Shown piece by piece: positions 30,678-40,061 of a DNA stretch of 64,000 nucleotides. Source of the DNA: Gammaproteobacteria bacterium (lineage in GTDB: Bacteria; Pseudomonadota; Gammaproteobacteria; Ga0077536); the NCBI GenBank assembly GCA_963662545.2, contig CAXXLL010000002.1, positions 2,144,001-2,208,000 of the forward strand, given 5' to 3'. Each line of letters begins with the position of its first letter. Positions within the stretch are counted from its first letter, which is position 1. A program made the translations under genes and the position numbers. The notes below the pieces were generated by a model. That model was not told the DNA's origin, did no database searches, and saw only the letters and a program-made list of their open reading frames with translations.

Positions 30678-31108
30678 TAGTTGCCCTCCAGCAGATGGCG
30701 CACAATGAAGACGGTCACCATCGCGACGAACATGAAAGTCATGGTAGCGGTGATAGAACGCCCGGACAGGCGCGACATGCCGCACACGCCATGTCCGCTG
30801 GTGCAGCCGCCGCCGAGACGCGTTCCGAAACCTACCGCAAGGCCGGCCGGGATCAGTAACAGCACATTGCCGCTCACCGCACCCGGCAAGGCCGATGGCA
30901 AAAACACCGCAATTGCGACGCCACCAGCGAGCATGCCGACGAGGAACAAAGCACGCGCCAGGCGATCGGTAGAAGTGGGGGCAATGAGGCCGGCCGCGAT
31001 GCCGCTGACGCCGAGAATGCGCCCGTTCAGGGCGAGCATTAATACCGCGGCGACCCCGATGAGCGCGCCGCCGAACAGCGCGGCGGGAATGGATCCAGGT
31101 TCGATCAT
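30677..31108 (-). CDS. YeeE/YedE-type sulfur transport membrane protein (first half)
   Basis: [32 protein letters not shown]; start at ATG 31108. Confidence 0.92.
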   Translation of the reverse strand: MIEPGSIPAALFGGALIGVAAVLMLALNGRILGVSGIAAGLIAPTSTDRLARALFLVGMLAGGVAIAVFLPSALPGAVSGNVLLLIPAGLAVGFGTRLGGGCTSGHGVCGMSRLSGRSITATMTFMFVAMVTVFIVRHLLEGN

Positions 31109-31138
31109 CGCTGTTTTCTCTCCCAATCTTCGATTTAG

Positions 31139-31300
31139 GAAACCTCTGAATAAGTTATGGTGCGGGTGTATTGTGGATGAATTCGTGCAGATCAAGGCAC
31201 CAATTGCAGGCCATAGCGGGGACTATTGGTAAGATTCGTAACGTAAGGCTCCGCAATTTCAGGCGCCAGGCAGGCGTGCCATAACTCATTCAGAGGTTCC
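31139..31300 (+). mobile_element. MITE family A copy 5
   Basis: 162 bp with a perfect TTAG target duplication that contains the sqr stop codon. Confidence 0.9.
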
Positions 31301-32539
31301 TTAGGACACCTTGAGATGTGGCTCCGGCATCAGCCATGGCCAACGCCGCCCAGCGATCACGCCCTTCCAGTAGATCACAGGTAACACGTACTTCTTCAGC
31401 AGATACATGCTCAGGCGTTCCTTGGATTGATCGAACGGGAAGGTTTCCTTCGGATTTAGATCGTAGTCGAACTCCGCCAGGATCAGCCGTCCATATCCGG
31501 TGACCAACGGGCAAGAGGTGTAGCCGTCGTAAGCTGCCGTCAGTGGGCGGTCGTTCATGACAGATACCAGGTTTGGGATCAGCACTGGAAGCTGCGAACG
31601 GACCGCCGCGGCGGTTTTCGATGTCGGTAGACTGCTCGCGTCACCAAGGCTGAAAACATTGGGGTAACGGATATGCTGCAAGCTCGCTTTGTCGACGTCG
31701 ACGAAGCCGCCGTCGCTCGCAAGCGGGCTCGCGCCGATCACATCCGGCGCACTCATGGGCGGCGTGACGTGCAGCATGTCGTATTTTTCGGTACGACTTT
31801 CTCCGGACTTGGTGTTCTCGAACGTCGCCTCCTTGGCCCCCGCATCAACGGCTTTCAGATTCCAGGCAAACTGAACGTCGATATCGCGCTCGGCGCAGAT
31901 GGCGTTGAGCGCTGTGGCGTATTTCTTGACAGCAAAGATGCCGTCGGCCGCGCAACGATAGGCGACCTCGATCTGTTTGCGCACTCCGGTCCGGCGGAAA
32001 TGATGTTCGGCCAGATACATGATCTTCTGCGGCGCGCCGGCACATTTGATCGGCGGCGGCGGGAACGTAAACATCGCCGTCCCGCTCTTCAAATCGCGGA
32101 TGTTCTGCCATGTCGATTCGACCGTATCGTAACTGTAGTTACTGCACAGGCCATTCTTGCCGAGATTGCCCTCGAGACCTTCGACCTTATGCCAGTCGAG
32201 CTTGATGCCGGCCGCGACGACGAGGTAATCGTAGTCGACGCGATTACTGTTAATCGTCGTCAGGTGATTCGATGCGGGATCGAATTCCGCCGCCGCCTCG
32301 TTGATCCAGTTGACACCCGGCGGCATCAGATCGGCCATGCGGCGCCGGGTCACTTCGCGGGGAAACATCCCACCGCCGACCATGGTCCATTGCGCCTGGT
32401 AATAGTGGTAATCAGAAGGTTCGACGACCGTGATATCAAGTGAATCGCGTGAGGGTAGCTGGCGTAACGCTGCAGCGATCGCGAGACCACCAGTCCCGCC
32501 GCCGACGATTACGATACGGGTTTTATTATCATCGGACAT
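31301..32539 (-). CDS. sqr: Sulfide:quinone oxidoreductase (type II-like)
   Basis: GGGTGG FAD motif, IKCAGAPQK, KTAAAV, YDGYTSCPLVTGYG..LAEFDY. Confidence 0.9.
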   Translation of the reverse strand: MSDDNKTRIVIVGGGTGGLAIAAALRQLPSRDSLDITVVEPSDYHYYQAQWTMVGGGMFPREVTRRRMADLMPPGVNWINEAAAEFDPASNHLTTINSNRVDYDYLVVAAGIKLDWHKVEGLEGNLGKNGLCSNYSYDTVESTWQNIRDLKSGTAMFTFPPPPIKCAGAPQKIMYLAEHHFRRTGVRKQIEVAYRCAADGIFAVKKYATALNAICAERDIDVQFAWNLKAVDAGAKEATFENTKSGESRTEKYDMLHVTPPMSAPDVIGASPLASDGGFVDVDKASLQHIRYPNVFSLGDASSLPTSKTAAAVRSQLPVLIPNLVSVMNDRPLTAAYDGYTSCPLVTGYGRLILAEFDYDLNPKETFPFDQSKERLSMYLLKKYVLPVIYWKGVIAGRRWPWLMPEPHLKVS

Positions 32540-32584
32540 GTTTTTTCCCCCCTCTACTTCAAACTGAGCACCGGCGCCCTCACG

Positions 32585-33481
32585 TCAGTGGCGCGGCTGG
32601 GCGCGAAGGCGACCGTTCGCCATTTTAACGGCGACGGGCAATAACAACACGATTTCGAGGGCTACCAGTAGGGCGCCGGCGAGTAGGCGGTCTACCGCGA
32701 AGGTACCGGCAACGAGAGCGCTACCCTCGATAACGATGAGGATCGCCGCTATCACCAACACGAAAACGCCAAACCCGGAGCGCAAGTGTTCGCCCGAAAT
32801 GGCGTGTGCCAAGCGGCTTCCAAGCACAGTCCCGGCGATCGCGAAGGCACTGACGATCGTGGCCGAAGTCACGTCGATCGGTACGTGCGTGATATATCCG
32901 GCCAATCCCGCGAAACATTTCATCGAGATGACGAGTAGGGAGGTACCGACCGCCGCGTGCATCGGCAGTCCGCCGAGCAGCGCCAGGGCCGGCACGATCA
33001 GAAACCCGCCACCGGCGCCGACGAGGCCGGTGACGAGGCCGACGACAAATCCGTCGCTCACGAGCCGCAACCAGTTTCTCTGAGGAGGCGGCGCTGAGGT
33101 GATCTCATCACTCGGCGCTTTCTTGCGCAACATGACGGTGCCGCTCGCGATCATGACACCGGCAAACAAGAGCAGAAGGACGGCGTCGGCAAAAAATATT
33201 GCGGCGCGCCCGCCGCTGTACGCGCCGGCCATTCCCGCCACCCCGAATATCAAGCCGGTCCGCCAATAGACGTTCCCCGCGCGCGAGTGCGCCAGCAATC
33301 CCGCCAGACCCGCCAGCCCGACGACCAGAAGCGAGGTGGCGATCGCGACCTTGGCGTCGAGTCCGACGATATATACGAGCAGCGGGACCGTGAGAATCGA
33401 ACCCCCGCCCCCAGTCAGCCCTAGCATCAAGCCGATGACGAGTCCGCAAGCGACGACGGTCGGGATCGAGAACGAAACCAT
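32585..33481 (-). CDS. TauE/SafE sulfite exporter family protein
   Basis: LGLTGGGGSILTVP, GLVGAGGGFLIVPAL, AVGTSL. Confidence 0.92.
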   Translation of the reverse strand: MVSFSIPTVVACGLVIGLMLGLTGGGGSILTVPLLVYIVGLDAKVAIATSLLVVGLAGLAGLLAHSRAGNVYWRTGLIFGVAGMAGAYSGGRAAIFFADAVLLLLFAGVMIASGTVMLRKKAPSDEITSAPPPQRNWLRLVSDGFVVGLVTGLVGAGGGFLIVPALALLGGLPMHAAVGTSLLVISMKCFAGLAGYITHVPIDVTSATIVSAFAIAGTVLGSRLAHAISGEHLRSGFGVFVLVIAAILIVIEGSALVAGTFAVDRLLAGALLVALEIVLLLPVAVKMANGRLRAQPRH

Positions 33482-33585
33482 GTTTGAGTTCGCCAGTTTT
33501 CCCGATCGACTATATATTACATTTCGATATAACGTTAGTAGAAATAGTTATAACGGTTTTGTTCGATTCGAGCGTCGACGGTGCC

Positions 33586-34128
33586 CTAGCGTTGGTGCCG
33601 AAGGAGCTGAGGATCCGCCTCGATGCCGATGAAACCACCACGGTTTGGCATGCGTAGGCGCCCGAGGACCTGGGCGTTCAATTCAGCGGTGGCGTCCAGC
33701 AAGCCGTTGAGATGAAGAATGTAGGCGGTGACGGCGTAGACTTCGTCATCCGTCAGTGACCAGGGTGCGTCCATCGGCATCGCGCGCCGCACGAAATCGA
33801 ACACCGTCGTCGCGTAAGGCCAGTAAGTCCCGACGTTCTGGTCAGGTGAGGCCCGCGTCAGATCGGGGTGTCCGCCAGCGAGTTCACCGCCCTGGCCACC
33901 GCGACCGGCGCGGCCGTGGCAGGACTGGCAGCGTCGGTTGAAGAGGGCGGCGCCGACCGCCGCATTACCCGCACCTGGAGGGAGTCCGGAACCGCTGGGC
34001 CCGATGATCGTATCGAGTGAGCGCACCTGCTCGGGACTCAGCTCGTGGCCCAGTGCCGGCGCCGAGGGACCTTCACCATAAGCAAAAATAGGGAGAAATA
34101 AAACAAATATAATTATATAGTTATACAA
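33586..34128 (-). CDS. Monoheme cytochrome c, SoxD-like
   Basis: Signal peptide, CQSCH, GTYWPYATTVFDFVRRAMP. Confidence 0.88.
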   Translation of the reverse strand: MYNYIIIFVLFLPIFAYGEGPSAPALGHELSPEQVRSLDTIIGPSGSGLPPGAGNAAVGAALFNRRCQSCHGRAGRGGQGGELAGGHPDLTRASPDQNVGTYWPYATTVFDFVRRAMPMDAPWSLTDDEVYAVTAYILHLNGLLDATAELNAQVLGRLRMPNRGGFIGIEADPQLLRHQR

Positions 34129-34139
34129 GTAATTTAATC

Positions 34140-35471
34140 TTAATCATCATTAATGAACAAGCCATCAAATTCGGTCTCGACCGGTACGGCATCAACATAG
34201 GTATGGCGCACGCGGCCATCGGACGCGACGGCCCAGCTCACGATCGCATTGTAATGGTAATAGCCGTGCCGACCGCGTTCAGCGATGAGTGCCGCGCGTG
34301 CCGGCTGTACGCGACCCGTTTCGTCCGTGGCACGGCTCTGCAGCACCGCTTTCTGGCCGCGCCAGTGCCACGGGATACGAAAACGTGTAAAGCATCGTGG
34401 CAACATCGGCTCGTTCAGGGCGGCTTCCGCCCATGAAAGACCGCCGTCGGCAGAGATCTCGACCCGCGTGATACGGCCGTATCCAGACCAGGCGAGTCCC
34501 GATATTTCATAAAAACCGGTGGCCTCGAGGTGCATTTCCGCCGATGGCGAGGTGATTAGCGACTTCGGTTGCATGGTGAATGTGAACATGCGCGCCCGCC
34601 CGTCGGGCAACAGCTCTGTGTATTTCGAGGTCTCATTCCTGGCCATCGCAGGTTCCGAAGAAATCTTCATGCTCTTCAGCCACTTGACGTTCAGAACGCC
34701 TTCCCAGCCGGGCACGAGGAGACGCACCGGATAACCCTGTTCGGGACGCAGCCGCTCGCCATTCTGGAACAGCGCCAGAAGACAATCGTCGAGCGCCTTG
34801 TCGAGCGGAATACTGACCGTCATCGAAAATGCATCCGCGCCCTCGGCGATCAACCATCGCGCCCCGGACTCAAGCCCGGCTTCTTTGAGCAAATAGCGCA
34901 GCGGAACCCCGGTCCATTCGCTGCAGGACACCAGCCCGTGGAAATAGCCGGCCGCGACCTGCACCGGGTTGCTGCGCCAACCCGCGTTGCTGTTGCCGCC
35001 ACATTCGATGAAGCAAAGGGTCGAATGCCGCGGATAGCGCAAGAGCGCCGCCAGGTCGAATTCGAGCGCCCGCCGGACGGCACCGAATACACGTACTTTA
35101 TGAGCGGCGGGGTCGATTTCAGGAATACCGTTGTGATGGCGTTCGTAGTGCAGACCGTTCGGCGTGATCGTGCCGTCGAGTTCATGCAGGGGCGACCACG
35201 AAATGCCGTTGCCCGGCACCAGGTCATTGGCCACGATCCAGCGGATTACCTGGCGCTCATGGGGTGAAACCCGGCCGTAATTGGAAAAGGGGAGACCCGG
35301 TACTTTCTGCCAGGCTTCGAGCGCTGCGCGAACCTCAGCGTGGCTGGTGCCAGGCAGCGCCGAGGCGCTCGCAAAAGCGGCCGCGCTCGTCAAGAATAGC
35401 CTGCGATCGAGTAGCCCGTTACCGGCCACGGGGCGTGGATTGGATTCCGAAATGATTGATTTCCGGGTCAT
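34140..35471 (-). CDS. soxC: Molybdopterin sulfane/sulfite dehydrogenase, SoxC-like
   Basis: Tat signal DRRLFL, ITPNGLHYERHH, FIECGGN (Mo-ligand Cys), LRPEQGYPVRL; start uncertain. Confidence 0.85.
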   Translation of the reverse strand: MTRKSIISESNPRPVAGNGLLDRRLFLTSAAAFASASALPGTSHAEVRAALEAWQKVPGLPFSNYGRVSPHERQVIRWIVANDLVPGNGISWSPLHELDGTITPNGLHYERHHNGIPEIDPAAHKVRVFGAVRRALEFDLAALLRYPRHSTLCFIECGGNSNAGWRSNPVQVAAGYFHGLVSCSEWTGVPLRYLLKEAGLESGARWLIAEGADAFSMTVSIPLDKALDDCLLALFQNGERLRPEQGYPVRLLVPGWEGVLNVKWLKSMKISSEPAMARNETSKYTELLPDGRARMFTFTMQPKSLITSPSAEMHLEATGFYEISGLAWSGYGRITRVEISADGGLSWAEAALNEPMLPRCFTRFRIPWHWRGQKAVLQSRATDETGRVQPARAALIAERGRHGYYHYNAIVSWAVASDGRVRHTYVDAVPVETEFDGLFINDD

Positions 35472-36003
35472 TTTGCCGATATTACGGCGGGCGGTCCTTA
35501 TTCCTCGCAATGCCCGCCGATAGTCAAAACCCGCCGAGGAAGTGCGGCATGCTCATACGATCGACGGTTTAGCGCAAGCCTGAAGTTCGTTATCGGCGCT
35601 GGGGCAGCCTAGCGCTGGGGTTCATTTGTGGTGTCCGTCGACACTGATTATGTAAAAAACCACCAGTGGTAAAGAACACCCGGATACATAATGAGAAATT
35701 GAATTAATATCGATCTAATTTATATTTAAAATTAGATATTTATATAATTTAATTAATGTAAATAATACTTTATGACGAACGATTCCATCGGCTAATTGTC
35801 CGTCCTCGAGCGGCGATTTGACCACGGGATTAGCCGTACCTCTGCGAACCCAGCTGCGGGTAACTGGGATCTCGCGACCGGAAACTATCACGGCTCCGGT
35901 CCTGACAATCAGTGCCGATTGTTTAGATCGGCTCGGAGCGAACGCTCCATACGCACTTTTCGAAACACTGGGATCAGTAATCGCTGCACTGGCGGCTTTG
36001 TTA

Positions 36004-36031
36004 TGTTCGCATAATGTATATTATGTTAAAT
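36004..36031 (+). other. dif chromosome dimer resolution site (XerC/XerD)
   Basis: TGTTCGCATAA-TGTATA-TTATGTTAAAT; spacer and XerD arm identical to the E. coli dif. Confidence 0.93.
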
Positions 36032-36283
36032 AGGGGATCTGTACGGACAAACACTTGAAAACTGAGTGGGCGCTTACGTGTATCGGCCCGCCCGCCTCTC
36101 CGCTTGATCAACGAACGCCTCCACCCGAACCATCCGCCATCGCGCGCACGGTGAATCTAGTGCACCAACCGCAGTAAATCCGCTCAACCGGCGGTCAGTA
36201 CCGCCTTCGAACCCTGCGAAAGGAAAATTTCCAATGGAAAACTGCGACTTCGTGAGCTTCGGCCACTTCGTATCGGTTGGCGC

Positions 36284-37693
36284 TCAGGCGGCAAGCGGCG
36301 GCCTGAGGCCCCGCCAGTCGGCGGCCGACTGCCAGACGTAGCCGGCGCGGCACAGCAGCGCCTCCTCGAAATGACGCCCTACGAGTTGGAAGGCTAGCGG
36401 TGAACCGTTCTTATCGAGCCCGGCCGGCAGCGTGATCGTCGGCGCACCGGTCATGTCGTTGACACAGGTGTAATAGATCAGATTTGCGAGACCATTCTCC
36501 TTGGCACACAAGGCATCAAATTCTTTGATGGTCGGATTCAATATACCAACGATAGGCGTGAGCATTAGATCGATGGACTGGAACACCTCGTTCATCTGTC
36601 CCCGAAAATTTCGGCGGGCGATCTCGGCGCGCGCATACTCCATGCCAGTCACGGCCCGCCCCGCGGTTAGAAAGCCGCCGTATACATCGCTGTAACCGCG
36701 TTTTTTCGCCGGATAGCTGTCAGCGTGCGCGAGGGCGGCTTCCGCCGTACAAATGGGTGTCCACGCGTCGATGGCGGGCTTCACATCGGGCATGGTAAAC
36801 GTGACGATAACCGCACCCGCCGCTTTCAAGGTCCGGAGCACGCGTTCCAGCATCTTCCTGACCTCGGGGTGTGCTCCGGTCATAGCGTACTTACGATCGA
36901 ACCCAACCCGCACATTCTTGATCCCTTTGCGGATCCCTCGCAGATAATCCGGAACGGCCACCGATGAACTCGAGGGATCGTTGCGATCACGCCCGGCGAT
37001 TGCGCGCAGCATAGCCGCTGCATCCTCGACCGACCGCGTCAACGGCCCGACGTGATCGAGTGTCTCCGAAAGAGGAAAGACGCCGTAACGGCTGACCCGC
37101 CCCCAGGTCGGCTTCAGTCCTACCACACCATTTGCGAATGCCGGGAATCGAATCGAACCACCGGTGTCGCTACCGAGCGTGCCGTAGGCCAGTCCTGCAG
37201 CAGACGCCGCACCCGCACCGCTCGACGACGCGCCGCTCCAACGATTCCGTGACCAGGGATTGACCGGCGGATCGACGTTGGGGTGGTGCAACGCCAGGGC
37301 GCCTTCGGTCAACTGGAGCTTGCCGAGCAGCACCGCCCCTGCTTCGCGTAGCCGAGTCACTACGGTCGCATCGTGCGTCGGTACGCGGTTACGGAACATC
37401 GGGATACCGGCGGCGGTCACCGTACCCTTCGTATTGCAGAGATCTTTGACGGCGACAGGCACGCCATGGAGCGGCCCGCGTACGCGGCCCTGCATGATTT
37501 CGCGCTCACAGCGCCGCGCCTGTCGCACCGCCTGCTCTGTCATCACCGTCGCGTAGCATTTCAGCTTCGGCTGAAGACGCTCGATCCGTTCGAGCATGAA
37601 ACGTGTCACCTCGACCGGTGAAAGTTTTCGCTTACCGATCTGCCTGCCAAGCTCTACGAGCCCCATGAATGCCAGGTCCGAATCCATCGCCAT
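36284..37693 (-). CDS. Amidase-signature family amidase
   Basis: GPLHGVPVAVKD, GASSSG, GSDTGGSIRFPA. Confidence 0.95.
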   Translation of the reverse strand: MAMDSDLAFMGLVELGRQIGKRKLSPVEVTRFMLERIERLQPKLKCYATVMTEQAVRQARRCEREIMQGRVRGPLHGVPVAVKDLCNTKGTVTAAGIPMFRNRVPTHDATVVTRLREAGAVLLGKLQLTEGALALHHPNVDPPVNPWSRNRWSGASSSGAGAASAAGLAYGTLGSDTGGSIRFPAFANGVVGLKPTWGRVSRYGVFPLSETLDHVGPLTRSVEDAAAMLRAIAGRDRNDPSSSSVAVPDYLRGIRKGIKNVRVGFDRKYAMTGAHPEVRKMLERVLRTLKAAGAVIVTFTMPDVKPAIDAWTPICTAEAALAHADSYPAKKRGYSDVYGGFLTAGRAVTGMEYARAEIARRNFRGQMNEVFQSIDLMLTPIVGILNPTIKEFDALCAKENGLANLIYYTCVNDMTGAPTITLPAGLDKNGSPLAFQLVGRHFEEALLCRAGYVWQSAADWRGLRPPLAA

Positions 37694-37705
37694 ATCCTCC
37701 TCTAA

Positions 37706-37867
37706 GGAACCTCTGAATAAGTCATGGTGCGTCTGAATTGTTCATGAAATTGTGCAGATCAAGGCACGAAGCGCAGGCAATAGCGGGGACTATTGGCAAG
37801 CTTCGTAACGCGGAGCTGCGCGATTTCATGGGCAAGGCAAATGGGCCATGACTTATTCAGTGGTTCC
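37706..37867 (+). mobile_element. MITE family A copy 6
   Basis: 162 bp, flanks CTAA/CTTA; abuts the amidase RBS. Confidence 0.9.
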
Positions 37868-38163
37868 CTTAATACCCGTTGTTTGATCGCCCGCTGGCTA
37901 AATGCGTCGCAGTTGAGCTTGAACGGCCGCACCTGAATGCGAAGCAACCCGTTCGTCTCGTCGATCGCTTGGTTGATCTTGCGCCGAGCCATCGTAAGCT
38001 CGGAAAAAATAGTCGTTCGAGCGCCATTCAACAGACGAATACCATCCGTACCATTAGCAGCTATAGCGGGCCGGCGATAGGTTTCGTCAAGCTGTGCGAG
38101 ACTCGCGTATCGACTGTTCGGCGAATGATACACTCGCGACACGCGATAGATTAGGAATAACCG

Positions 38164-39255
38164 ATGGCCAGCATGAGCCAGATCGAATGGGAGCCGTGTC
38201 TCCTGACGCAGCACCCCGCGCCTGAGCTCGAACGTCGTTTCGCGCGCGAAACCGGTCGGCCCGGCCAGCTGATGCGCTTCTTCGAAGGGTCGCCGTGGAC
38301 CGCCGATACGATGCTGCGCGTGTCGGTGCAGATCATGACGTTCGTGCGCATCGATCCCAATCTGGTCGACCAGGTTGGCCTGGTGGTAAGCCAGGACAAC
38401 TCCTGCCGCTTCTGTTTCGGCATGCAGCGTGCCTTTCTGCGAGTGCTCGGCACGAGCGAAAAGCGCATCGCCCGCTTGGAGCAGGATCTGTTAACCGGCG
38501 ATTTCAATCCGCGCGAACGCGCCGCGCTCGACTTCGCGCGGCGCGTGTCGCAATCGAAACCGTTGACCTCGGCGTCCGATCTCGTGCCGCTCAGAGAAGT
38601 CGGCTTCAGCGAAGAGGAGATCGTCGAGCTTGCCGGGCTCATCGGTATGCACCTCTTCTTGAATCGTATGTCGACCTTCGTCGCGCTACCACCGCAACGG
38701 ATGGAAGATTTTCCCGACCACTGGTGGATGCGGATCATACGCCCGCTGATCGCGGTGAAGTTTCGTCGCATGCGCCACCGCAGCAAGCCGGTGGCGTTGC
38801 TTGACTCGGAGAAAACCGGACCGATGAGCGCCTTCGTCAATGCGCTCGACGGCCTGCCGATGGCGCGCGATCTGCGCCTCATGATCGACCGGCTGTGGGG
38901 GTCTTCATCGCTGCCGCCACGCACCGTATCGCTGCTGTTCGCGGTGGTGGCCCGCGCGCTGGACTCGACGCGCTGCCAGCAGGAAGCCAAACAGATGCTG
39001 CTGGAACAGAACTTCGCCGAGGCGGATATCGACCAGGTGCTCACCCACCTGTCCTCCCCTATCCTCTCCGAAATCGAGGCCTTGCTAATACCACTGGCGC
39101 GAGAGACGGTGTGGTACCAGCCGGCGCAGATCCAGCGGCGTTGCGCCGAGCTGCAGTCGCAACTGCCTCACGAGCAGTTTCTCGATTTTCTCGGCGCGGT
39201 GTCGCTGTTGAATTCGCTGTGCCGTCTTGGGGTGATCGTCGGCATGCGCGCATGA
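38164..39255 (+). CDS. Two-domain AhpD/carboxymuconolactone decarboxylase-like protein
   Basis: VSQDNSCRFC, RERAALDFARRV, GFSEEEIVEL; second half looks like a degenerate repeat of the fold. Confidence 0.7.
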   Translation: MASMSQIEWEPCLLTQHPAPELERRFARETGRPGQLMRFFEGSPWTADTMLRVSVQIMTFVRIDPNLVDQVGLVVSQDNSCRFCFGMQRAFLRVLGTSEKRIARLEQDLLTGDFNPRERAALDFARRVSQSKPLTSASDLVPLREVGFSEEEIVELAGLIGMHLFLNRMSTFVALPPQRMEDFPDHWWMRIIRPLIAVKFRRMRHRSKPVALLDSEKTGPMSAFVNALDGLPMARDLRLMIDRLWGSSSLPPRTVSLLFAVVARALDSTRCQQEAKQMLLEQNFAEADIDQVLTHLSSPILSEIEALLIPLARETVWYQPAQIQRRCAELQSQLPHEQFLDFLGAVSLLNSLCRLGVIVGMRA

Positions 39256-40016
39256 GCCCATGGCTTGGCGCGGCGCTCGGCGCCGCAATCCTCATTATCG
39301 GCGTGTTCGCGTGGCGCGCCGAACGTGAATCGAAACTCTTGCTGCGACGTCTCAAGGCGGCGGCCTCCGAACTCGAAAACCTGCAGATGGCCTTCAGCCG
39401 TTTTGCACCCGATGAAGTGATCGAGCGCATCATCGCCGAGGGTGTCACCGACTTCGGAGAAAAGAAAGAGGTGATGGTTTTGTTCGCCGATCTGGTCGGC
39501 TTTACTGCGTTGAGCGAGAACCTGGAACCGCGCGTACTGGTGGGCGTGCTGAATGGCTACTTCGAACGCATGAGCCAGGCCATCGGGGATCATCGCGGCT
39601 ACGTTTCTACGTTTATCGGCGATGGGATCCTGGCCTTTTTTGGGGCCACGGATCCCAATCCCTGGCAGGGCGACGACAGCGTACACGCCGCGCTCGCCAT
39701 GCGTGCGGCGCTGGCGGACTATAACCGCGAACTGGCGAGCCGGGATTTGCCCCAGCTCTTGGTCGGGATCGGTCTGCATCGCGGCACGGGCGTAGTGGGC
39801 CTCGTCGGCAGCCAGCGGCTGAAGGAGTTCGCCTTCGTCGGGCGTACCGTGAACGTGGCGGCGCGCGTGCAGGATCTGACGCGACAGTTTGCGGTCGATA
39901 TCATCCTCACCGAGACGCTCAAACAGACCGTCGACCCGAGTTTCCCAATGCGTGCCTTGCCGGACACCTCGGTGAAAGGCGTCGAGAAGCCGCTCGCGAT
40001 CCACGCGCTGGATTAA
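39252..40016 (+). CDS. Membrane-anchored class III adenylate/guanylate cyclase-family protein
   Basis: N-terminal TM helix, VLFADLVGFT, FIGDG, GIGLHRG, VNVAARVQ; ATGA overlap with the upstream gene. Confidence 0.9.
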   Translation: MSPWLGAALGAAILIIGVFAWRAERESKLLLRRLKAAASELENLQMAFSRFAPDEVIERIIAEGVTDFGEKKEVMVLFADLVGFTALSENLEPRVLVGVLNGYFERMSQAIGDHRGYVSTFIGDGILAFFGATDPNPWQGDDSVHAALAMRAALADYNRELASRDLPQLLVGIGLHRGTGVVGLVGSQRLKEFAFVGRTVNVAARVQDLTRQFAVDIILTETLKQTVDPSFPMRALPDTSVKGVEKPLAIHALD

Positions 40017-40061
40017 GTAATAAGTAGGATCAGATGAGGTTTTTATCTCAAATTTATTTAA

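Noticed and set aside
5311-37867. Recurring GGAACCTCTGAATAAG sequence as a CRISPR repeat
   Set aside because: The copies are dispersed inverted ends of 162-bp elements, with no repeat-spacer array and no cas genes.
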